This document shows, piece after piece, positions 1-8,856 of a stretch of DNA of 64,000 nucleotides. The number at the start of each line of letters is the position of its first letter. Position 1 is the first letter of the stretch. The notes beneath the pieces were generated by a model that was not told where the DNA came from, made no database searches, and worked only from the letters and a program-made list of their open reading frames with translations. Source of the DNA: a bacterium. Its GTDB lineage: Bacteria; Patescibacteriota; UBA1384; VFKW01. The translations under genes and the position numbers were made by a program. The DNA is taken from assembly GCA_030647355.1 (NCBI GenBank), contig JAUSIS010000004.1, positions 68,066-132,065 on the forward strand, read 5' to 3'.

Positions 1-606
1 CTTCTAATATCCTTGACGATCTTAGTCGGCCTTGGTAAGAAAAAACTTATCGCTATCTTTGGTCTCAGCTATCTTCTCACAATTTTTACGACCTACTTTT
101 TGATCGGATTGGGATTGCTTCGCGCCTTCCACATGTTCGGCATCCATGGCTTTTTTGGTTATGTGGGAGGTGTAATTCTTATCCTTGCTGGAATTGTACA
201 TTTATTCCCAATGGCCTTAAGAAGAATTCCAGTTGCCGGTTGGCTAAATCGTTGCCATATCCCAACAAATATTAACCAGCACCTAGATAAAGGCGTATTT
301 ATTGCCGGTATTATTCTCGGCTTCCTCATTGGTCTTTGCACGATTCCTTGCGCCGGCGGAATTTACATTGGAGCAATTGCCTTACTTGCCACAAAAGCGA
401 ATTATTTAAGAGGGGTGCTAGGTATCTTTATTTTTAACCTCGGTTTTATTCTTCCGCTTTCCATCGTTTTCTTTGTGTCAACCAGAGAAGGAGTACTGAA
501 AAAGATTAGACGGTTCAACGCCCGGGTTGTTTCTTACAGTACATACGCTATGTCGGCGATCATGATTATTATGGGAGTAATCTTAATTCTAATTGCCAAT
601 CGCTAA
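1..606 (+). CDS. CcdA/DsbD-like transmembrane protein (cytochrome c biogenesis/thiol-disulfide transporter family), 5' partial
   Basis: The ORF is open to the left edge of the window. It is polytopic and hydrophobic, with a C-x-IPC-AGG motif in a TM segment like the second CcdA Cys motif. Confidence 0.4.
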   Translation, partial: LLISLTILVGLGKKKLIAIFGLSYLLTIFTTYFLIGLGLLRAFHMFGIHGFFGYVGGVILILAGIVHLFPMALRRIPVAGWLNRCHIPTNINQHLDKGVFIAGIILGFLIGLCTIPCAGGIYIGAIALLATKANYLRGVLGIFIFNLGFILPLSIVFFVSTREGVLKKIRRFNARVVSYSTYAMSAIMIIMGVILILIANR

Positions 607-617
607 GCAGGAGGGAT

Positions 618-1618
618 ATGAGAAAGGTTCGTTTTTTGTCTACAATTTTAATGACGGTGTTAATTTCGACACAAATCGGTACAGCTCAAGCTACCACAAT
701 AAACGACCTGCAGGCTAAGAAAAATATTGCTGCCCAGAAAGCTAATGAATTAGAGATGCAAGCCCAAAAGAAAGCATCCCAAGCGGATAGCCTATCAACT
801 ATGGTTGCCAAAATAGCTGCGGATATTTCCACGTTGGAGGCGAAAATCAGGCAAAACCAATCCAGCTTATCAAATACTCGGAAAAACATTAACCAAACAG
901 AAAAATTGATTGAAGAAAAGCAAGTAAGTCTTGAGGAAAGTCCAAACAAGAGTTAGAGGATAAGAAATCCGGCCTAGAAAAATATTATAACGAATTAGCT
1001 AACCTTAAAAAAGAACTGGAAATTCAAAACACCGGGCTTCAAGAGCAAAAATCCGGTCAGCAAAGGCTCCTATCGGATGCCACTGCTGAGATGAAAAGAT
1101 TGCAGAATCAAGCTGCCGAACAAAGCCGTATTGAGGATCAAGTGGAAGCACAAATCAAAGCCGAATTTGCCAGATTGACTAGTGGCGGAAGTTCAGGCAA
1201 GGTAACTGGTACCAAAGTTCAGGAAGGCGACATTATCGGCTATGAGGGTAGTACGGGTAATTCCAGTGGTGCGCATGTTCATTTCAAAGTAAGAGACAAC
1301 GGAACGGCTAAAAATCCCCGTAATTACTCAAGTCTCCTGCGCTGGCCTCTGGATAAATTTACTATTACCCAAGAATTTGGCTTGACTGAATACGCAAAGC
1401 AAAAAAGCGGCAATAGTTGCACCTATGGCGGAACCTGGCCCAATAATTGCGCCATTCATACCGGCATAGATGTCGCCGACTTACTGGGCGCTCCGGTGCA
1501 TGCCGCCGACGATGGAGATATCATTCTTGATAAATACTATGGAGGTTACGGTAATGCAGTCATAATCGATCATGGCGGCAATATCTATAGTCTTTACGGG
1601 CACATGTTAGCTAAGTAA
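618..1618 (+). pseudogene. M23/LytM family metallopeptidase with N-terminal signal and coiled-coil, apparent single-base frameshift near 935-950 (618..956 and 944..1618 are the same gene)
   Basis: The second frame reads without a stop from 935 (KQELEDKKSGLEKYYNELANLKKELEIQ...). It continues the coiled coil into the catalytic domain, which has HVHFKV (HxH) and IDHGG (Hx3D) M23 motifs. The first frame terminates at TAG 954-956. Confidence 0.55.
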
Positions 1619-1634
1619 AAAAGAAAGGAATAAT

Positions 1635-1850
1635 ATGAAAAAAAATTTAATCTATGTCACGGTAGCCGTTTGCGTGATAGTAGTCATTGTCCTATTCAAA
1701 GCTCAGCTAAAAAATAATTTAACCCTCCTGCTGTTACTAGCTTGTCCGCTTATGCATCTGGTAATGATGAAGGGGATGCACGGCGGCCATCGGACTGCTG
1801 AAAATAAAGATAGTAAAGAAGAGCAAAATAATACTAAATCCTGTCATTAA
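1635..1850 (+). CDS. small membrane protein with His/Met-rich C-terminal tail (HLVMMKGMHGGH)
   Basis: AAAGGAA RBS 5 nt before the ATG. One TM helix followed by a polar tail. Confidence 0.4.
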   Translation: MKKNLIYVTVAVCVIVVIVLFKAQLKNNLTLLLLLACPLMHLVMMKGMHGGHRTAENKDSKEEQNNTKSCH

Positions 1851-1870
1851 GAATTAAGAATATAGAACTA

Positions 1871-2512
1871 ATGAATATTGGCAATGATTCAGGTTATGGA
1901 TTATGGTGGCTAGCTGCAATTAATACAGCCATATTTATTATATTTGCTTTAAGTTTCACTCGCCCTAAAACAAAACACGAATGGCGTTCCTTTGGCACCT
2001 TTTCCGCTTTTATCGTAGCTCTATTTACTGAGATGTATGGCTTTCCTTTAACTATATATCTTCTCTCTGGATGGCTCATCAAGCGCTTTCCTCGACTCGA
2101 TCTCTATTCGCACAATAACGGTCACCTTTGGGAAACATTATTCGGCCTCAAAGGTGACCCCCATATGAATATCATTCATATTATAAGTATCCTAGTTATT
2201 GGCGGGGGATTCATGTTAATAATCAACTCGTGGCATGTGTTATACAGAGCTCAACGCGTTCACCAACTGGCCATTTCTGGACCTTACTCATATATCCGCC
2301 ATCCGCAATATCTTGGCTTTATCTTGATTATGCTGGGCTTCCTTCTACAATGGCCTACCTTACCCACTTTTATAATGTTCCCTATTCTTATCATTATTTA
2401 TACTCGTCTAGCCAAAAAGGAGGAGCAGGATTCGCTTCGTGAATTCGGCGATGAGTATCGAGATTATCTACGAAAGGTACCAGCCTTCTTACCTGATCGT
2501 AGCCACAGGTAG
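1871..2512 (+). CDS. isoprenylcysteine carboxyl methyltransferase (ICMT)/phospholipid methyltransferase family membrane protein
   Basis: IRHPQYLGFIL motif typical of the ICMT family. Multiple TM helices. Confidence 0.65.
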   Translation: MNIGNDSGYGLWWLAAINTAIFIIFALSFTRPKTKHEWRSFGTFSAFIVALFTEMYGFPLTIYLLSGWLIKRFPRLDLYSHNNGHLWETLFGLKGDPHMNIIHIISILVIGGGFMLIINSWHVLYRAQRVHQLAISGPYSYIRHPQYLGFILIMLGFLLQWPTLPTFIMFPILIIIYTRLAKKEEQDSLREFGDEYRDYLRKVPAFLPDRSHR

Positions 2513-2607
2513 AGATATTTAACAAAAGGGATAAATTGCTATTAATGCAAGACATTATTCTTTACTTGTGTGCAAAGTTGGCAATGTTATAATGATTATG
2601 AGGTAAG

Positions 2608-3717
2608 ATGTTTTTTATTGCCATAAAAAATCTATTTCAAGAAAAAACTAAATTAGCCATCAGTGTTGGCGGCGTCGCTTTTGCAGTACTTTTAATTATT
2701 ATTATCAACGGTGTCTATCAGGGCTTCAATGAAAAAATGGGCGCCTACCCCAAAAGCATCCCGGCCGACCTTTGGGTAGAGCAAAAAGGTGTCGGAGATA
2801 TGTACCATACGCTCTCTTTTTTACCCGATAATTTAGAATGGCAGTTTCTTAATATCGATGGCGTGCAAAGCGCAGATAAATATCTCGGCAAACAAGTAAT
2901 GTTTGATTTAAAAGGCAAAGATCAAACTCTCTTTATCGTCGGCATAGATAATAGCGGTGCGACCAAGCCATATAAAATGGTGGAAGGCAGTTGGCAAAAC
3001 TTACAGAATGGTCAAATAATTATCGACAAAACGATGGCCAAAGAGGCAAAGCTGAACATTGGCGATACTTTCGATATGAACGGCCAGACTTTAGAAGTCA
3101 GAGGTATTGCAAGTGGCGGAAATGTCATCTCTTTCAAATACGCTTATGTGACTTATGACCAGGCAAAAAACATGTTTAACTTAGGCGACAAAGTAAACTT
3201 TTATCTTCTAAAATTAAAATCAGGGAGCGATGTTTCGCAAGTAAAATCCGACATCGAAAGTAACATTCCTGAAGTTAAAGTTTTGACAAAAGACCAATTC
3301 GTCGATACCTCCCGTAAGGTGGTTACGGAAAGCTTCCTGCCGATTATTGCCGTCTTGGTTGCAATCGGTCTTCTTGTTGGCACCGCCGTAATCGGGCTGA
3401 CGACTTACTCGGCAACGATAGAAAAATCTCGTGAGTATGGAGTCATGAAGGCAATCGGACTGTCCAATAGCCAATTATCAAAAACGGTGATTATCCAATC
3501 CCTTGTTTCCGGCATCATAGGATATATTGTGGGTGCCATTCTTGCCTATGTTATCGGTTTTCTGTCGGAAAGTATCGTTTCCTCCTTTGTGACACAAATC
3601 CGCCCGATTGATTTACTTTGGGTTTTTGGGGCAACTATATTGATGTCCTTAATCGGAGCTTATATACCGATGAAACGAATTTCTTCTATTGATCCGGCTG
3701 AAGTATTTAAAAGTTAG
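2608..3717 (+). CDS. ABC transporter permease, FtsX/MacB-like
   Basis: N-terminal TM, a large periplasmic domain and a C-terminal 3-TM FtsX-like region. Followed by an ATPase gene. sigma70-like promoter and RBS upstream. Confidence 0.75.
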   Translation: MFFIAIKNLFQEKTKLAISVGGVAFAVLLIIIINGVYQGFNEKMGAYPKSIPADLWVEQKGVGDMYHTLSFLPDNLEWQFLNIDGVQSADKYLGKQVMFDLKGKDQTLFIVGIDNSGATKPYKMVEGSWQNLQNGQIIIDKTMAKEAKLNIGDTFDMNGQTLEVRGIASGGNVISFKYAYVTYDQAKNMFNLGDKVNFYLLKLKSGSDVSQVKSDIESNIPEVKVLTKDQFVDTSRKVVTESFLPIIAVLVAIGLLVGTAVIGLTTYSATIEKSREYGVMKAIGLSNSQLSKTVIIQSLVSGIIGYIVGAILAYVIGFLSESIVSSFVTQIRPIDLLWVFGATILMSLIGAYIPMKRISSIDPAEVFKS

Positions 3718-3724
3718 AGGAACT

Positions 3725-4444
3725 ATGGCGATATTGGAGATAAAAAATTTAACCAAAACTTACGGCTCCGGTCATACTAAAGTTAAGGCCGTTGATAACG
3801 TGTCACTCGAAGTAAACGAAGGCGAGATTGTTTTAATTATGGGCCCGAGTGGTTCCGGCAAGACTACCCTCATCACTATGGCCGGCGCTCTGCTTAAACC
3901 AACCTCTGGCGATATATTTTTGAAAGGTCAGGATATCAGCAAGCTCTCGGAAAAACAATTGCCCAAGGTTCGTCTACAGGAGTTGGGTTTTGTTTTTCAA
4001 TCCTTTAACCTGCTTGCCTCTTTGACCGCACAGGAAAATGTAGCTATCCCGCTGATAGCGGCTGGCCATAAAAAGAGTAAAGCCTTATTAAAGGCCAAGG
4101 AAGCCTTAGAAAAATTGAGTTTGGGAGATCGTCTCAATAACCTGCCCCGGAACTTATCCGGTGGTGAAAAGCAAAGGGTGTCAGTTGCTCGTGCCTTGGT
4201 CAATGATCCCGGTATTATTCTAGCAGATGAACCAACGGCTAACCTCGATTCGAAGACCGGCCATGAAGTGATGGAATTGTTGTGTTCTGTTGGGTGCCAA
4301 GAGAAGAAAGCGGTCGTAATAGTCAGCCATGATGGACGCTTAAAAGATATCGCCAATCGAGTCATCTGGTTTGAAGACGGCAGAATAACGAAAATCGAAG
4401 ACGGAAAGCATAACCAGATGTGCAATCACATAGTACATGGATAA
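3725..4444 (+). CDS. ABC transporter ATP-binding protein (MacB/LolD-like)
   Basis: Walker A GPSGSGKTT, signature LSGGEKQRVSVARAL and Walker B ILADEPTANLD. ATG at 3725 just after the permease stop. Confidence 0.85.
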   Translation: MAILEIKNLTKTYGSGHTKVKAVDNVSLEVNEGEIVLIMGPSGSGKTTLITMAGALLKPTSGDIFLKGQDISKLSEKQLPKVRLQELGFVFQSFNLLASLTAQENVAIPLIAAGHKKSKALLKAKEALEKLSLGDRLNNLPRNLSGGEKQRVSVARALVNDPGIILADEPTANLDSKTGHEVMELLCSVGCQEKKAVVIVSHDGRLKDIANRVIWFEDGRITKIEDGKHNQMCNHIVHG

Positions 4445-4476
4445 TTTTTTTATTATAATGATTTGAGGAGGTTTGT

Positions 4477-4617
4477 ATGATGGGTATGAATTCCAATATG
4501 ATGACGGGCGGTCTGGGAGGATCTATGATGTTTTTCGGGTGGATCCTCTATATTCTGGTTGTGGTGGTTCTCGCCTTAGGCGCCGCCGCCCTCTGGAAAT
4601 ATATCAATAAAAATTAG
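4477..4617 (+). CDS. 46-aa Met-rich membrane peptide (MMGMNSNMMTGGLGGSMM + TM)
   Basis: GAGGAGG RBS upstream. Single TM helix. Confidence 0.35.
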   Translation: MMGMNSNMMTGGLGGSMMFFGWILYILVVVVLALGAAALWKYINKN

Positions 4618-4697
4618 GAGTATAGCCACATGATTGCCACTAAGATTTTCGTTAAAATCCACAGGTCGATAGATAAAAGATAGTTGGGAGGAAATAA

Positions 4698-5027
4698 ATG
4701 AACAGCACAAAAGTTGTGATCATTGCTGTCGCAGCATTGATCATCGGTGGTCTAGCTGGATTTTACCTTACGGGAAACGCTGGGTTTTCTAAGGGATATA
4801 TGCAGCAAACCGGCTCCATGATGAAGGACAACGGATCCAAAATGATGGAGGGCGGTAAAATGATGATGCAAAACGGTAAAATGATGCAGGAAAAAGGGAC
4901 TGCAACTAACGATACCGAGATGATGCAAAACGGTAAAGAGATGGAAGAAGAAGGTCAGATGATGAATGATAAGGGCAGCGAGATGACGGGACGAGGCAGC
5001 GGTATGATGGATATGATGAATCAGTAG
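4698..5027 (+). CDS. Met-rich repeat protein (repeated MMQNGK/MMxxGK motifs) with N-terminal TM anchor, candidate Cu(I)-binding protein
   Basis: GGGAGG RBS 8 nt upstream. About 25% Met with tandem MMQNGKxM repeats. Lies immediately upstream of the heavy-metal ATPase. Confidence 0.6.
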   Translation: MNSTKVVIIAVAALIIGGLAGFYLTGNAGFSKGYMQQTGSMMKDNGSKMMEGGKMMMQNGKMMQEKGTATNDTEMMQNGKEMEEEGQMMNDKGSEMTGRGSGMMDMMNQ

Positions 5028-5096
5028 TGTAAACTTCCGTCTTTGGTATAGATATTAAATCCTTCTAGACATATAATATGTTTGGGAGGATTTTTA

Positions 5097-7481
5097 GTGA
5101 TATACAACAACAAACAAAGAAAACATTGTACCTGCGAAGAAAGTTGTCTTTGCTGCCAAGCGGAAGAACTAACAGTATCTAGCGGCAGTGACATAGAGGC
5201 GAAGCAATATGAGTATAATTTATCTCATAAACTAAAGCATGCAAGACATGACCATGAGGCAATGGCTATGGAAGGCCATGAGATGAAGCTCTACGAGTGT
5301 CCAGAATGCGGCTTGCAGTTTGAAGACGAGAAATGGGCAAAAAGGTGCGAGGAATGGTGTAAAAAACATCATAGCTGCAATCTAGAGATTACAAGCCACG
5401 CTGTAGATAAAAATAAAATAAATCAACCGAATCATCTTGAACATACCGGCCATGACATGTCCAAGATGAGCCACATGGACCATGAAGCGGCCATGATCAA
5501 TCCCATGATGGCCAAAGAAATGGAAGAGGATATGCGCCGCCGTTTTTGGATTGCTTTCATTCTGACTATCCCTATCTTCCTTCTGTCCCCTGTCGGCACA
5601 TTTTTACTAAAAATAAGTCTCCCAAACTCATTCCCAACCAATTGGATTCTTTTTATACTCTCAACCCCTGTGGTTTTCTGGTCGGGCTCTATCTTTATAA
5701 TAGGGACCTATTATTCTTTGAAAAACAAAAAACTTAACATGTCGGTGCTTATTGCCACCGGCGTTTTGACTTCTTATATATTCAGCGTCTATCTGACTAT
5801 AATCGGCAGCTCGGACGTTTTCTATGAAGCGGCAGCCATGCTGGTTACCTTTGTGCTCTTCGGCCACTGGATGGAAATGCGTTCCCGCCGTGGTACTTCA
5901 GATTCTTTGCGCGCCCTCTTTGATCTTGTTCCTCCCAAAGCCAATATTATCCGAGATGGCAAAGAAATTAGTATTCCGAGTGCCGAAATAATGGGAGGTA
6001 ATATTGTCATCCTTCGCCCAGGGGATAAAATACCTGTTGACGGTGATGTCACGGAAGGTGAAACTTCCATCGATGAATCGCTTGTCACCGGCGAATCTAT
6101 TCCTGTTACCAAAAAGATCGGAGATAAAGTAATCGGCGGATCGGTTAATCAAACCGGAAGCGTTCAGTATAGAGCAACTAAGGTCGGCTCGGATACTGTC
6201 CTTGCCCAAATTATTAAACTGGTCGAAACCGCCCAGAATTCCAAAGCGCCCGGTCAACGCATTGCCGATCGAGCTGCTGCCTGGTTGGTCATTCTAGCTA
6301 TAGGTGCCGGCATAGCTACATTTCTTGGTTGGTATGTTATTGCTGGAGTTACTCTACTTACCGCTTTAACCTTTGCCGTATCAGCTGTTGTGATCGCTTG
6401 TCCTGATGCCTTAGGATTAGCGACTCCCACTGCCGTAGCTGTTGGTACCGGTATTGGTGCCAAACATAATATCCTAATAAAAGACGCCGCCACACTGGAA
6501 AACACTTCTCGGTTACAAGTTATTGTACTGGACAAAACCGGCACCTTAACCCTCGGCAAACCGAAAGTTACCGATATTATTCCAGCTAAAGGTTCGACCA
6601 TCTACGAGATATTGAGTCTGACTGCATCAGGTGAAGCTAAGTCCGGCCATCCCTTAAGCCAAGCTGTAATAGAGGAAACCAAAAAGCGAAATATTTCCTA
6701 CGAGGAAAAAGTTGAAAAGTTTTCTTCTCTTGCCGGTTTAGGTATAGAAGCCGTAGTTGGAGGTAAACATATTTTAGTTGGGACAATTAGATTAATGAAT
6801 GAGCAGAAAATTGATATTCAACCGGTTGAGGCAGATATTGAGCGATTACTTAATGAAGGCAAGACTTTAATGATCCTTGCCATTGACGGAAAAGTAGCCG
6901 GCGTTGTTGCCGCCGCTGATGTCTTACGCCCCACCGCAAAAAGCGCAATTAGCAAGCTAAAGGAAATGGGACTCGAGACGGCCATGATTACAGGTGATAA
7001 CAGAAAAACTGCCGAAGCAATCGGTAAACAGCTTGGCATCGATCGTATATTTGCCGAAGTACTTCCTCGAGATAAGGCAGATTATGTTAAGAAATTACAA
7101 GGTGAGGGAAAATTTGTCGCTATGGTCGGAGATGGTATCAATGATGCTCCCGCACTAGCACAGGCCGATATCGGCATTGCTATTGGAGCCGGCACGGATG
7201 TAGCAATTGAAACCGGAAATATCGTACTTATGAAATCTGACCCTTATGATATTGTGAGGGCTATGCAGTTAAGCCGGGCAACTGTCGGTAAGATGAAGCA
7301 AAATCTCTTTTGGGCATCAATCTATAACATTCTTGCCATCCCTGTAGCTGCCGGCGTTTTTTATACTTCTCTCGGGATATCCTTAAGACCGGAAATCTCC
7401 GCTCTACTAATGTCAGCATCTTCGATTATAGTGGCCACCAACGCGGTGCTTCTAAAAAGAGTGGAACCCAAGCTCAAATGA
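5097..7481 (+). CDS. heavy-metal translocating P1B-type ATPase with Cys/His/Met-rich N-terminus (no classical MxCxxC HMA domain)
   Basis: DKTGTLT, GDGINDAP and TGES motifs. The TM6 motif reads CPD. GTG start at 5097 with GGAGGA RBS; the ORF track uses TTG at 5082. Confidence 0.9.
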   Translation: MIYNNKQRKHCTCEESCLCCQAEELTVSSGSDIEAKQYEYNLSHKLKHARHDHEAMAMEGHEMKLYECPECGLQFEDEKWAKRCEEWCKKHHSCNLEITSHAVDKNKINQPNHLEHTGHDMSKMSHMDHEAAMINPMMAKEMEEDMRRRFWIAFILTIPIFLLSPVGTFLLKISLPNSFPTNWILFILSTPVVFWSGSIFIIGTYYSLKNKKLNMSVLIATGVLTSYIFSVYLTIIGSSDVFYEAAAMLVTFVLFGHWMEMRSRRGTSDSLRALFDLVPPKANIIRDGKEISIPSAEIMGGNIVILRPGDKIPVDGDVTEGETSIDESLVTGESIPVTKKIGDKVIGGSVNQTGSVQYRATKVGSDTVLAQIIKLVETAQNSKAPGQRIADRAAAWLVILAIGAGIATFLGWYVIAGVTLLTALTFAVSAVVIACPDALGLATPTAVAVGTGIGAKHNILIKDAATLENTSRLQVIVLDKTGTLTLGKPKVTDIIPAKGSTIYEILSLTASGEAKSGHPLSQAVIEETKKRNISYEEKVEKFSSLAGLGIEAVVGGKHILVGTIRLMNEQKIDIQPVEADIERLLNEGKTLMILAIDGKVAGVVAAADVLRPTAKSAISKLKEMGLETAMITGDNRKTAEAIGKQLGIDRIFAEVLPRDKADYVKKLQGEGKFVAMVGDGINDAPALAQADIGIAIGAGTDVAIETGNIVLMKSDPYDIVRAMQLSRATVGKMKQNLFWASIYNILAIPVAAGVFYTSLGISLRPEISALLMSASSIIVATNAVLLKRVEPKLK

Positions 7482-7537
7482 TTGTGGAATAATTTAAGTA
7501 AGCCGCAACTTAGATCTTGGCTAAATACATCTCAAAT

Positions 7538-8551
7538 TTAATTGCCCTTATCGTCGAGGACTAGATTTGTGGGTTTTTGAGAAATGTAGGACTGGATATT
7601 TTCCAAGGTTGTCGAAAGAATGCGCATGAGCGCCTCCTGAGAGTTAAAAGCATTATGTGGGGTTACTATAACCTTGTCGTTTTTTATCAAGATGTTATTG
7701 GCGATATCAAGCAGGAGGCATTTTTTGGGAAATTGCTTGGAGAGGATTTGACGTTCTTCTTTGATATTACATTCCTCTTCCAGCACATCCAAACCAGCGC
7801 CGGCCAATTTTCCATCGTCCAAGGCATGAACAAGTGCTTCTGTGTCAATCAGGCCGCCACGGGAGGTATTGATCAAGTAAGCGCCTTTTTTCATAAGGTC
7901 GATTCTTTCTTTATTTATGAAATGATGAGTTTGTTGATTATCTGGCAGATGTAGTGAAATTATATCTGAGTTCTTTAGTAAATCCTCGATCGTTACGTAT
8001 TTTAGCCCGTAACGCTTAGTTAATTCTTCGTCTCGTTTGAGGTCGTAACCTAAAATATCCATTTCAAAACCATGGGCCATCCGTACAACATGCTTACCAA
8101 TATGACCTGTTCCAACTAGCCCCAGTGTTTTGCCTTTCAAGTCAAAGCCGCGCAAGTCATCCAAAGAAAAATCTCCCCGACGCACTTTCTCTACGGACGA
8201 GATGATCCGCCTTGAAAGTGTTAAAATCAAGGCAAAACAATGTTCGGCAACAGTGTTTTCGCCGTAGGTTGGCACATTAGAAACAATGATATTTTTTTCC
8301 TTGCAGAGATTAAGATCAATGTGATCAAAACCAGTTGAACGAGTAGCGATAAATTTCAGGTTCGGAATTTTAGCTAAAAGAGGTTCGTTGATTTTTGAAT
8401 AAATGAATGTTGAAAGGACTTCTACTTCTGACAAATTCTCATTAAAATCTACCGTCAAGGGAATGTCAAAGAAGCTAAGATCATGGCCAACGAGTTCTTT
8501 GCTGATAAAATCCTCTTCCCAATTCTCGAGCTCAAAAAAAGCAATTTTCAT
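7538..8551 (-). CDS. D-isomer-specific 2-hydroxyacid dehydrogenase (NAD-binding, D-LDH/PGDH family)
   Basis: GLVGTGHIGKHV Rossmann motif and family-wide similarity. AGGAGGG RBS 5 nt before the ATG at 8551. The longer track ORF has no RBS. Confidence 0.8.
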   Translation of the reverse strand: MKIAFFELENWEEDFISKELVGHDLSFFDIPLTVDFNENLSEVEVLSTFIYSKINEPLLAKIPNLKFIATRSTGFDHIDLNLCKEKNIIVSNVPTYGENTVAEHCFALILTLSRRIISSVEKVRRGDFSLDDLRGFDLKGKTLGLVGTGHIGKHVVRMAHGFEMDILGYDLKRDEELTKRYGLKYVTIEDLLKNSDIISLHLPDNQQTHHFINKERIDLMKKGAYLINTSRGGLIDTEALVHALDDGKLAGAGLDVLEEECNIKEERQILSKQFPKKCLLLDIANNILIKNDKVIVTPHNAFNSQEALMRILSTTLENIQSYISQKPTNLVLDDKGN

Positions 8552-8856
8552 GACCCTCCTATTATTTAGATTAATTATACCATAGTCGAATTTGAGCAAG
8601 CCGTACACAAACTGACTCCCAGTTGGTTTAGTACTTAGATAAGGTTAAATGGCATATTCCGCTTCTGGGACAAAATGCGACGAACCAAGCGGGAGTTGGA
8701 ATTGACTTTTATCCTAAGATGTGATAAAGTATATAAACGCGTGTCAAATTGTTCTATGGATTTCCAAGTAATTAATTTTATTTTGATGTTCTGTACAGCA
8801 ATGCATCCGTTAAATAAAATTAATTATTCTGTGCTTCGAGCACAAGGAAAGACAAT

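Noticed and set aside
5432-7039. Multiple antisense or alternative-frame ORFs inside the P-type ATPase gene
   Set aside because: They are embedded in a confidently homologous long CDS and are typical shadow ORFs of a GC-richer coding segment.
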